Of a DNA stretch of 64,000 nucleotides, positions 27,793 to 36,597 are shown in pieces. Made by a program: the position numbers and the translations under genes. A model generated the notes under the pieces. The model searched no databases. It was not told where the DNA came from and saw only the letters and a program-made list of their open reading frames with translations. This DNA comes from Candidatus Gastranaerophilales bacterium (GTDB lineage: Bacteria > Cyanobacteriota > Vampirovibrionia > Gastranaerophilales > Gastranaerophilaceae), in the NCBI GenBank assembly GCA_944327275.1, contig CALVHB010000016.1, positions 9,169 to 73,168 of the forward strand, read 5' to 3'. Within the stretch, counting starts at the first letter, position 1. Every line of letters starts with the position of its first letter.

Positions 27793-28538
27793 TTACAAAA
27801 TCCGAAATTGATAAGCTGGTATGTAAATACGAAAATACAGATTTTATTAAAGATGATCCCATTCAATTCCCTCACAGGTACAAGAATTCAAAAAAAGATT
27901 GTGAAATTGCAGGGTTTATATCATCTTTGATTGCGTATGGTACAAGAAAGGTTTTTATAAAAAAACTCGATGAATTTTTTGTAGATATTGCGGAAAATGA
28001 ACCTTATAACTTTATTGTTAATTTTCGAAAAGGTGATCTAAAAAAGTTTAATTATCGTTTTGGGACTACGTCTGATTTTGAAGAAATTTTTGTCGTTTTA
28101 CGCCGACTTTATGAAAAAGATGGTGGACTTGAAAAGCTTTTTGAATATGGATATAAAAATCCGATTAATGAAAATATGTTTATTCATATTTCGGATTACT
28201 TTTATGCAAGATTTTCTGAAAATGCAGGACAGGGAACTTATTTTATGATTCCTGACCCTAAAAAGGGTGGTGCTATGAAACGTATGTGTATGTACTTGCG
28301 TTGGAATGTTAGAAAAGGACCTGTAGATTTAGGAATTTGGGATTTTATGCCAACTTCAAAACTTTTAATTCCGCTTGATACTCATGTCGCAAGGTTATCA
28401 AGAGAAATGGGATTACTCACAAGAAAGGCAAATGACTTTAAATCAGTGATTGAGATAACTGAAAACTTAAAAAATTTTGATTCAAATGATCCTGTAAAAT
28501 ATGATTTTGCAATGTTTGGCTATGGTGTAAATAATTAA
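27789..28538 (+). CDS. TIGR02757/DUF2400-like protein
   Basis: 249 aa. DPIQFPHRY...EIAGFISSLIAYGTR and LDTHV resemble this family as I remember it. This was not searched. Confidence 0.5.
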   Translation: MITKSEIDKLVCKYENTDFIKDDPIQFPHRYKNSKKDCEIAGFISSLIAYGTRKVFIKKLDEFFVDIAENEPYNFIVNFRKGDLKKFNYRFGTTSDFEEIFVVLRRLYEKDGGLEKLFEYGYKNPINENMFIHISDYFYARFSENAGQGTYFMIPDPKKGGAMKRMCMYLRWNVRKGPVDLGIWDFMPTSKLLIPLDTHVARLSREMGLLTRKANDFKSVIEITENLKNFDSNDPVKYDFAMFGYGVNN

Positions 28539-28550
28539 TTAAAACATAAT

Positions 28551-28586
28551 AAAAAACTGCAAATAAAATTTATTTGCAGTTTTTTG
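28551..28586. terminator. bidirectional intrinsic terminator
   Basis: CTGCAAATAAA / TTTATTTGCAG stem flanked by A-run and T-run. Confidence 0.7.
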
Positions 28587-28606
28587 TTATTTCGTTTCTT
28601 TAGTTT

Positions 28607-29479
28607 TTATTCTCCTAAGTTAATTTGTGAGAATTGAACTATTTTGTTTTTACCGCGTTTTTTTGCATTATACAAAGCGTGTTCTGCATATCTAATGATT
28701 GTATTTGCATCTTCTTCTGTATTTTCAAGACAAGGATATGTAGAAATACCTCCGGAAATTGTGATAGGGTGTCTTTCTTCTTCTCCTGCAGGAATAAATT
28801 CCATTTTCTCGATGTCTTTTCTGAATCTTTCTGCAAATAAAAATGCATTTTCTTCAGAAGTGTTAGGTAATATTAATAAAAATTCTTCATCACCATAACG
28901 AGTTAAGATATCTTCTTTTCTTATTAACTGTTTTAATTTGTCTGCAATAGAACGAAGCAATACGTCACCCCATTCATAGCCATATATGTCATTTACAACT
29001 TTGAAAAAGTCTAGGTCAAATAATAGACAAGAAAGTTTTGTTCCGTATCTTCTAGCTCTTGAAATTTCTTGATCAAGACGTTCTTGCATATATTTTCTGT
29101 TATGAAGACCTGTTAATTCATCGGTTGTTGATACAATTTTTAATTTGTCTCTCAATTCTTTATATTTTAAAAGTGCATTTGCTCTTACTGTAAGTTCTAA
29201 ATTGTCAACAGGAGTCTTAATAAAATCGAAAATTACCGCTCTTACGGTTGTACCTTTGAACACATCACCTATAAAAAGTGTTGGAGCTTTAAATTTTGTA
29301 GTCATTAAGACATCTTTTATGTTTGGGACACTTTCTACTACAATAAGTCCCGGATTTAGCATTTCGTAGTCTTTCAAGTTTTCCGCACTTTCAATTCTTA
29401 CGTTTGTATCATCAATTTGCGCAAGAACATCAGCTAATTTTGATTCATTTTTGTCTGTGTAAACTACGATATTTTTCAT
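28607..29479 (-). CDS. pseudo-receiver + degenerate GGDEF (GDEEF) domain protein
   Basis: 290 aa. The REC-like N-terminus lacks the acidic pocket (LIVVESVP at the expected phospho-Asp). RKED-x5-GDEEF follows. Confidence 0.8.
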   Translation of the reverse strand: MKNIVVYTDKNESKLADVLAQIDDTNVRIESAENLKDYEMLNPGLIVVESVPNIKDVLMTTKFKAPTLFIGDVFKGTTVRAVIFDFIKTPVDNLELTVRANALLKYKELRDKLKIVSTTDELTGLHNRKYMQERLDQEISRARRYGTKLSCLLFDLDFFKVVNDIYGYEWGDVLLRSIADKLKQLIRKEDILTRYGDEEFLLILPNTSEENAFLFAERFRKDIEKMEFIPAGEEERHPITISGGISTYPCLENTEEDANTIIRYAEHALYNAKKRGKNKIVQFSQINLGE

Positions 29480-29649
29480 TTTTTTATCCTCACTGTCGAT
29501 TTTTTGGTATTTTGAAAATTATTTATATATCCAAAATACAGAGATACTCTTTCCTCTTGACAAATTCTACCATATCGGGCACTTTTTAGCAAGAGGTAAA
29601 TAAAATTTAATAAATTAGCTAAAAGCTTTTTGTATGGTAAAATTAGTTT

Positions 29650-30183
29650 ATGGATACAGATATTTTGTCAGTAAAAATAAAACCTATGGCAAAAGAGGAT
29701 TTGGATGGAGTAATATCCATTGAGGCAATGGCTTACGGTGAGCATCATTGGTCAAAAGATTCTTTTATGAGTGAATTGTCAAATGATTTGGCAAGATATT
29801 TCAGTGTTTTTAATGAAGATAATCAACTTATTGCTTATGCCGGATGTTGGCAGATTTTAGAGGAGGCTCATATTACCACAATAGCTGTTTCTCCTGAATA
29901 TAAGCGAAAACACATTGGGGAAGCTTTGTTAAAAACGTTGATTGATGAGTGTTATCGGAATATGGTTAAGTATATTACTCTGGAAGTTAGAGTAAGCAAT
30001 ACCCCTGCTATTGGCCTTTATGAAAAATATGGGTTTAAGTCTCTTGGGGTAAGAAAAGGATATTATCAAGACAATAATGAAGATGCCTTAATAATGTGGA
30101 CAGAAAACATTTTTTACGATAAATTTAAATCAGGATATGAGAGAAATATTGCCGTTTTAAAGGGGAAAATTAACGTCTTATGA
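29650..30183 (+). CDS. rimI: ribosomal-protein-alanine N-acetyltransferase-like GNAT
   Basis: 177 aa with ITTIAVSPEYKRKHIGEALL and YEKYGFK. The size and N-terminus fit RimI. Confidence 0.65.
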   Translation: MDTDILSVKIKPMAKEDLDGVISIEAMAYGEHHWSKDSFMSELSNDLARYFSVFNEDNQLIAYAGCWQILEEAHITTIAVSPEYKRKHIGEALLKTLIDECYRNMVKYITLEVRVSNTPAIGLYEKYGFKSLGVRKGYYQDNNEDALIMWTENIFYDKFKSGYERNIAVLKGKINVL

Positions 30184-30839
30184 CACAGCCGGTACCACCA
30201 AAAATTAGAGTTATAAAAAAACAAGTTGAGGGGATAAGATTCACATTTGGAAGCCTATTGCTGATGTTATGTTGTACATTTTTGCTCATATTGGCAACTT
30301 TTATCCAGTTTAATGTTACGCATTTTATAATCCCAAGCGGATTATTCCATGGACAAAATTTAACTTTTAACGATTTCATACACACTTATAAGTTAATTCC
30401 GCAAATTCCTGTTGTAATGTTCATAGGAGCATTTTTAGGCAAAAAATATGGAATAACAAGTGTTTTGTTGTATATTTTACTTGGTCTTTTTGTAATTCCT
30501 GTTTTTGCTTTAGGAGGCGGACCAAAGTATATTTTTGAATATAGTTTTGGTTATATTTTGGCTTATATTCCTGCTATATTTTTCTCAGGTTCTATTTTAA
30601 AAAGCGGTTTTACTAACAGAAATATGTTACATGCTGTACTTGTAGGAGTTTTGACAATTCACATTATCGGGGCTTTGTATATGCTGTTTATGGCAGGTGT
30701 AAGGCATGAGGGCTGGGCATTTATCAGCGGGTGGATTGTTGCACAAAGTGGTGTGAAGATTCTGTATGATTTCGTTTTCAGTTTTGCAGCTGTTTTTGTA
30801 GCGAAATACGCAAAAATTATTCTATGGTTTTTTATGTGA
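30180..30839 (+). CDS. bioY: BioY-family biotin transporter S-component
   Basis: 219 aa with 5-6 TM helices. GLFVIPVFALGGGPKYIFEYSFGYILAYIP matches the BioY core pattern. Confidence 0.6.
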   Translation: MTQPVPPKIRVIKKQVEGIRFTFGSLLLMLCCTFLLILATFIQFNVTHFIIPSGLFHGQNLTFNDFIHTYKLIPQIPVVMFIGAFLGKKYGITSVLLYILLGLFVIPVFALGGGPKYIFEYSFGYILAYIPAIFFSGSILKSGFTNRNMLHAVLVGVLTIHIIGALYMLFMAGVRHEGWAFISGWIVAQSGVKILYDFVFSFAAVFVAKYAKIILWFFM

Positions 30840-30849
30840 GGAGTTGTTA

Positions 30850-31935
30850 ATGAAAATTCAATCTGTTGGTATGTTCAATCCGTCATTTACAAGTGAAAGA
30901 CGGAAGTTTGATGTTCAAGGACATGTAGGATCTACGTATGATGGTATTTTAAATAGTGATGTATGTTATTCTCCAAAAAATATAGTTGACACTGTTGAGG
31001 TGAATAATGTAAAAAAGGTGCTTGTAAGTTCTTTATCGTCTTTGAATCCTAAGGGAGGAAAGTTTTTTCATACTGAAGCTGATGGAGCAGAAGAATTATT
31101 AAAAGTCTCTAAAAGTGATAAGGTGGAATTGCTTCCTTTGATTTCTTGCCAACCCGGAATTTCTCAGGATATAAGTGTTGTTGAAAAATTAATAAATCAG
31201 AATAAGTTCTACGGAATGAAATTTCATCCAACTATGACCCAAAAATCTGTTAAGGATAATTTTGATTTGTATTCAGAATACATATCACTAGCAGAAAACA
31301 AAGGGCTCCCTTGTGTATTTCACTCAAGTACTGATGGATTTTCTGATCCGGCTGAAATTGTAAAATTGGCGGAAAATCATCCGAAACATCCTATAGTTCT
31401 TTATCATATTGATTTGATGTCTAGCCCTAATCAGGTTGAAAAATCAATAGATCTTATTGCAGATTCTGTTAATAGCAGTAAGTCAAATTTATTTGTTGAC
31501 ATTTCTTGGTTGACTGGTTTTGGTGATAATGCAAAACAAAATGAAAATATAATAAACAAAGTTTTAGAAAAAATAGGGCCAAATAGAATTCTTTTTGGGT
31601 CTGATACTCCTATTAGTGAAATGGGTGATAAAAACAAATATGGAGCGTTTACTGATTTTGTTGAAAATACAATAAAGAATTTTTATAAAGGTGATGAAAA
31701 AGAAGCTGAATTGGCATTAAATAAAATATTTTATGATAATGCAGAAGAACTTTTTGTAAATAAAAGATGGTTTTTAGAAAATGCTAAGGAGCAGATGAAA
31801 GGTTGGTCTAACAAAAATATAATTATGACTTGTGGTCTTGCTCTAGCCGGTATATTACTTATTACAGGATTGGTATTGACTGGTAAAAATCGTAAAAAAT
31901 ATGATGATCACGCTTCAAATGTTGTAAAAGGTTAA
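30850..31935 (+). CDS. amidohydrolase-fold (TIM-barrel metal hydrolase) protein with C-terminal TM anchor
   Basis: I chose ATG 30850 behind AGGAG. It has MKFHPT, VFHSS, YHID and LFGSDTP, a C-terminal helix IIMTCGLALAGILLITGLVLTG, and N-terminus MKIQSVGMFNPSFTSE. Confidence 0.55.
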   Translation: MKIQSVGMFNPSFTSERRKFDVQGHVGSTYDGILNSDVCYSPKNIVDTVEVNNVKKVLVSSLSSLNPKGGKFFHTEADGAEELLKVSKSDKVELLPLISCQPGISQDISVVEKLINQNKFYGMKFHPTMTQKSVKDNFDLYSEYISLAENKGLPCVFHSSTDGFSDPAEIVKLAENHPKHPIVLYHIDLMSSPNQVEKSIDLIADSVNSSKSNLFVDISWLTGFGDNAKQNENIINKVLEKIGPNRILFGSDTPISEMGDKNKYGAFTDFVENTIKNFYKGDEKEAELALNKIFYDNAEELFVNKRWFLENAKEQMKGWSNKNIIMTCGLALAGILLITGLVLTGKNRKKYDDHASNVVKG

Positions 31936-32882
31936 ATGCAAAAACAGGCACAATAATGTGTTTCTGTGATTTTATCCAGATTTGGAACTTTATTTTTACA
32001 GATTTCAACACATTTTGAGCATCTTGGATGGAATCTGCAACCTGATATTTCTTGTTGAATTGTTGGAGGTTGTCCCTGTATTGTCTCAAGTCTTGCCCCT
32101 TTATTTGTAGGCAATGAATTTAAAAGAGCTATTGAATATGGGTGTTTGGGATTAGCAAAAAATTCTTTGCAAGGAGCTGATTCAACTATTCTGCCTGCGT
32201 ACATTACTGAAACATAATCTGCATTTTCACCTACTAAAGCAAGATCGTGAGTAATTAGTAGAATGGATGTGTTATGTATTTCTTTTATTTTGTGTAACAG
32301 ATTCATAATTTGTGCTTGTATAGTTACATCCAAGGCAGTTGTTGGTTCATCTGCAATAAGTATTTCTGCATTACAAGCTAATGCCATTGCAATTATTGCA
32401 CGTTGTTTCATCCCACCAGAAAATTCATGTGGATATGAGTTCATTCTTTCTGCCGCGCAAGGTATTTGAACAGATTCAAGAGCTTCAATTGCCTTTTGGT
32501 AAGCTTCTTTCCCTTTTAATCCTTGATGAATTTCAATAACTTCTAAAAGTTGATTTCCTATTGTATAAAGAGGATTTAGTGATGTCATTGGATCTTGCGG
32601 AATTAGTGCGATTTTTGAGCCTCTAATATGTTGAATTTCTTTTTTTGGTAGTGTAAGTATGTTTTCGTTTTTAAAAATAATTTCTCCATTTGTGATTTTC
32701 GATGTTTTTGGTAGCAAGTTTAGTATGCTCATGGCACTAATACTTTTGCCGCAGCCTGACTCTCCTACAAGTGCATGCATTTTACCTTTTTCCAAAGAAA
32801 ATGAAATATCAAAAAGTGCTTGTCTAAAGCCACATTCACAATTAAATCCTAAATTAAGTTTTTTTACCTCTAAAATTGCCAT
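31932..32882 (-). CDS. OppD/DppD-type ABC transporter ATP-binding protein
   Basis: GESGCGKS (Walker A), FSGGMKQR (signature), LIADEPTTALD (Walker B) and a Cys-rich oligopeptide-type C-terminus. Confidence 0.85.
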   Translation of the reverse strand: MAILEVKKLNLGFNCECGFRQALFDISFSLEKGKMHALVGESGCGKSISAMSILNLLPKTSKITNGEIIFKNENILTLPKKEIQHIRGSKIALIPQDPMTSLNPLYTIGNQLLEVIEIHQGLKGKEAYQKAIEALESVQIPCAAERMNSYPHEFSGGMKQRAIIAMALACNAEILIADEPTTALDVTIQAQIMNLLHKIKEIHNTSILLITHDLALVGENADYVSVMYAGRIVESAPCKEFFANPKHPYSIALLNSLPTNKGARLETIQGQPPTIQQEISGCRFHPRCSKCVEICKNKVPNLDKITETHYCACFCI

Positions 32883-33122
32883 AGTTATATAATATATTAT
32901 TAACTTAAATATGTGAATAGTCTTGTTAGGGGTTATTTGTTAACAAATGTAAAGTAAAATTTAAATGGCTTAAAAATGGCTAATATCAATGTTTTATAAT
33001 ACTTTATTAGGTCGAAGCCCTCATGGATACATGCAATTTTCAGAACCAAAAATTTTTTATAGAGGTATAGGGGATATCGAAAAATTTAATTTTCTATACG
33101 AGGAAAATTGAAAGGGGAAGTT

Positions 33123-34820
33123 ATGGATATTAATACTAACTATTCATTATACGGTATGAAAGATTACGCAGCAGAGTTTAAACAAAAGTGTAATGATGCT
33201 GCTGTTGAAAGAAATAAAATGCTTCAACAGGCAGGTGTAACTATTCCTATTGGTCAACCTGTTAAGAAAGATGATGATAAAGGTATCAAGTTAGAACATG
33301 CTGATGAAGCTGTTGAACAAAAGGAAACTCTTCAAAAGTTTGATGAAGGTCAGTATGGAAATTTAGCCCTAAAAGAAAATCGTGAAGCTTTAGAGGCTAA
33401 AGTAAAACAAGCTTACCTTGATTATGGTACTGTTGACGGACAGAAAATTACTGATGAAAAACAAGCTCAGAAAATGGCTGAACAGTATGTAAAAGACAAG
33501 ACATATGAGTTTGAATCTAATAGAACAACTGTTTTTATGGATAAAGAAGCCTATAAAACAGCTGAAAAAGAACGTGATGCTAAGAAAAAAGAATTAGTTG
33601 AACAATATAGATCAGAAGGCTTGAGACGCCGTCAGGCAAGAAGAAAAGCTGAAGCTATGCTTGGTAAAAACGAATATATCAAAAGTAAAGATACAAGAGC
33701 ATTTGTAGAAAATCATGAAGATATGTTCTATGATGAAAAAGGTGATTTTTCAAGTGATAAATTTAAAGCATCAGCAGTAGATTTTGCTAATACTCATACA
33801 GGTAAAGATGAAGCAGAAAACCACTATTTGAGTTTGAAAGAAAGACGAGAAGTCGCTGCTCAATATGGTGTTGATGATGATGTCATTTCAGATATTGCAA
33901 ACAAGTCAAATGTAGGGTTTGAAAAAGACCATACCCCTTTAATTAGAGCAGGTGTTATTGTTGGAGCAGGTGCAGCTGGTTATGTTGCAGGAACACTATT
34001 TTTAGGTGCATCAGCAGCCGCATCAAGTTCAGCAATAGGCGGCTCAGTTGTTCCAGAAACTACTGCAGCATTAGCAGGTTCTGGAGCCGCAGCTGGAGCA
34101 ACAGCTGGAGCAACAGCAGAAATATCAGGAGCAATTCCGGGAGGGTTAATAGGTCTCGTAGTTGGAGGCACATCATCACCATTGCTAAAAGATAAAGGTA
34201 ACAAAGAACCTGATATTTACGAACCGGGTGTAAAAATTGTTAAACCGGATATACCTGAAATTGAAGTTCCTCCTGTAGAAATTCAAGTTCAAAATAATAC
34301 TTGTGTTCTAAACCCTGATGAAGTAACAATGGAACATGAAGATGTTGTTGAATACTGTGATTATAAAGTTCAACGTGGTGAATATTGGTCTGGTATTGTA
34401 AGAGCTAAGTATCGTCATGAAGATGGTTCTCCTCTTTCAAACTCAGAAGTATTACAAGTAGTTCATGAATTAAAATTAGCTCACGGTATCGCAAGAAAAG
34501 ATTTTGGAAAAATAATTCAACCTAATACAATGCGTTTATATACTCAATTTGATGGTGCTATGCATAAAGAATTGAAAGGTAAAAAATTCGTTGTGGATTG
34601 TGATAGCGAAGTAAAAGAAAAAACTGAAGATTTTGAAGATGATAAAAAGAAACTTGGAAAATGGGGCGGAAAATATAATGACGTTAAAACATTAAATAAA
34701 GATACATATTACTATTGGACTGATTGCAATAACAGACAAAGTGATTATTATAACAGTTCTATGGAAAGAGACGTTATGATGGCTACAGAACAAGTAAGAA
34801 TCAATGCGGGATTGCAATAA
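33123..34820 (+). CDS. hypothetical large protein (charged N-domain, Gly/Ala-rich hydrophobic core, LysM-like C-region)
   Basis: I chose ATG 33123 behind AAAGGGGAAG. The N-terminus is MDINTNYSLYG...AEFKQ. The hydrophobic segment is GVIVGAGAAGYVAGTLFLGASAAA...GLIGLVVGG. YKVQRGEYWSGIVRAKY is LysM-like. Confidence 0.55.
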   Translation: MDINTNYSLYGMKDYAAEFKQKCNDAAVERNKMLQQAGVTIPIGQPVKKDDDKGIKLEHADEAVEQKETLQKFDEGQYGNLALKENREALEAKVKQAYLDYGTVDGQKITDEKQAQKMAEQYVKDKTYEFESNRTTVFMDKEAYKTAEKERDAKKKELVEQYRSEGLRRRQARRKAEAMLGKNEYIKSKDTRAFVENHEDMFYDEKGDFSSDKFKASAVDFANTHTGKDEAENHYLSLKERREVAAQYGVDDDVISDIANKSNVGFEKDHTPLIRAGVIVGAGAAGYVAGTLFLGASAAASSSAIGGSVVPETTAALAGSGAAAGATAGATAEISGAIPGGLIGLVVGGTSSPLLKDKGNKEPDIYEPGVKIVKPDIPEIEVPPVEIQVQNNTCVLNPDEVTMEHEDVVEYCDYKVQRGEYWSGIVRAKYRHEDGSPLSNSEVLQVVHELKLAHGIARKDFGKIIQPNTMRLYTQFDGAMHKELKGKKFVVDCDSEVKEKTEDFEDDKKKLGKWGGKYNDVKTLNKDTYYYWTDCNNRQSDYYNSSMERDVMMATEQVRINAGLQ

Positions 34821-34837
34821 TAGTTAAATAAAAAGAT

Positions 34838-34870
34838 AAATGACCTTCTTATTTAATAAGAAGGTCATTT
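34838..34870. terminator. bidirectional intrinsic terminator
   Basis: 14 bp stem AAATGACCTTCTTA / TAAGAAGGTCATTT between convergent genes. Confidence 0.8.
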
Positions 34871-34872
34871 AT

Positions 34873-35682
34873 TCATTCTACCGTGCAAATTCCTTTTTCT
34901 GTTGAATGTAAGTTGTTTGCAATCCAGTAATTTTCAATGGGGTAGAACTCCCTATTAACACTAAAATAAGTCGAACCTGAACCGGACATCATTGATTCAG
35001 GGAATAAGTCTTTTATTTTTTGTAATTCTCTATAATCGTCTATCAAAGCCCATTCGAGATCATTTGCAAAAGTATTTCTCTCTCCATAGGATGATGTGAA
35101 AGAGGAATCCTTTTTATTTGAAAATTTTGTATACGCTTCTTTTGCACTAATTCCAAGATTCATTGGCTTTATAAGAGAAATATTGAAGTGTTCAAATTTT
35201 AAAGGTTCAAGAATTTCTCCTCTACCTTTTGTCATCTGCTTACCGCCTTCAAGGCAAAAATTCAGATCTGAACCAAGTCTTGCACAAAGAGAATGTAATT
35301 CATCTTTTTTCAAAGGCTCGTTGAAAATTTTATTTAATCCGTATAATGTTCCTGCAGCATCTGTACTCCCGCCTGCAAGCCCTGCTGCTACAGGAATATT
35401 TTTTTCTATATAGATTTGAATTTTATGAGGAGGTAAATTTGTGTTTTCAAAGAAAAGTTTAGCGGCTTTATAAACTAAATTTTTTTCATCATATGGAATT
35501 TCAGAGCTGTTTCCATCAAGATTAATTTCAAGTGTAGTTGATTTTTCAGATGTTATTGTAAGGTAGTCATACAAATTGATTGTTTGCATGATGCTCTCAA
35601 TATTATGGAAGCCGTCTTCTCGTTTTGATAAAATTTTTAGCGTTAAATTAATTTTTGCGGGACATTGGATTTTAGTTTTCAA
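34873..35682 (-). CDS. ispE: 4-(cytidine 5'-diphospho)-2-C-methyl-D-erythritol kinase
   Basis: KINLTLKI and PVAAGLAGGSTDAAG (GHMP kinase motif). Confidence 0.85.
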   Translation of the reverse strand: MKTKIQCPAKINLTLKILSKREDGFHNIESIMQTINLYDYLTITSEKSTTLEINLDGNSSEIPYDEKNLVYKAAKLFFENTNLPPHKIQIYIEKNIPVAAGLAGGSTDAAGTLYGLNKIFNEPLKKDELHSLCARLGSDLNFCLEGGKQMTKGRGEILEPLKFEHFNISLIKPMNLGISAKEAYTKFSNKKDSSFTSSYGERNTFANDLEWALIDDYRELQKIKDLFPESMMSGSGSTYFSVNREFYPIENYWIANNLHSTEKGICTVE

Positions 35683-36508
35683 TTAATGCCTCCGAAAGTT
35701 TGCCAAGAGTTTCAATAGACAATTTTTCTCCCCTGATGTTTTCATCAAGGTTTAGAGCAGAAAGAGCTTTTTGGATTTTTTCTTTAGAAAAACCTCCGGA
35801 AAGAAGACAGTTTTTAATATTTTTTCTTCTTTGAGAAAAAGCTGCTTTTATTGTTTTTCTGAAATGAGAATAGTCTGTAAGTTCCAAAAGAGGTTTTTCT
35901 CTTACATCAAGTTTAACTAATGCAGAGTTGACTTTTGGTGCCGGATAAAAAGATTTTCTGCCAACTAATCTTGCAATTTTTACATCTGCCCAAAACTGAG
36001 ATAATATTGTTAAAAGTCCGTATTGTTTTGATGGTGAATTTTCATTTGCGACCATTCTTCTTGCGACTTCTTCTTGAACCATGAGAAGAATATCAGTAAT
36101 TTTATTTCTGTTTTTGTTATTTAAATCATCAATTTCACCAAGCAAATGAGCTATAATTGGACTTGTTATGTAATATGGGATGTTTGCAACAATTTTAATT
36201 TTGCTGTCAGACAATTCAGAAAGATCTGTTTTGAGAATGTCTTTATGTATTATTTCTAAATTTGTTGCATCAAGTTTTTGAAGTTCTTTAATGGCATCTT
36301 CATCAAGTTCAATAGCTATAACTTTTTTAGCATGCTTTACCAATTGTTCGGTTACAAAACCTACTCCAGGTCCTATTTCTACTACAACGTCATCCGGTGA
36401 AATCTTTGCAATATCAATGATATCAGCTATTGCTTGGCCGTCAATTAAGAAATTTTGACCAAGTCGTTTTTTTGTTTTAAAATATTTTGCTCTACTGTAG
36501 TAATCCAT
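35672..36508 (-). CDS. rsmA: 16S rRNA (adenine1518/1519-N6)-dimethyltransferase
   Basis: LGQNFL, VVEIGPGVGFVT and ANIPYYITSP. I preferred the ATG 36508 start over the upstream GTG 36532. Confidence 0.85.
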   Translation of the reverse strand: MDYYSRAKYFKTKKRLGQNFLIDGQAIADIIDIAKISPDDVVVEIGPGVGFVTEQLVKHAKKVIAIELDEDAIKELQKLDATNLEIIHKDILKTDLSELSDSKIKIVANIPYYITSPIIAHLLGEIDDLNNKNRNKITDILLMVQEEVARRMVANENSPSKQYGLLTILSQFWADVKIARLVGRKSFYPAPKVNSALVKLDVREKPLLELTDYSHFRKTIKAAFSQRRKNIKNCLLSGGFSKEKIQKALSALNLDENIRGEKLSIETLGKLSEALIEN

Positions 36509-36597
36509 CTTAACTAATATAATACCACACACAGGTAAATGTTTTAATAAAAATTTTTTGATAGTTTTGTGGATGTTATAATGAATAGGGGGTTAAT

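Noticed and set aside
32935-32948. Perfect 14 bp palindrome ATTTGTTAACAAAT upstream of gene 33123.
   Set aside because: It is almost entirely A/T in an AT-rich spacer, so it is plausible by chance, and it is not positioned relative to any recognisable promoter.
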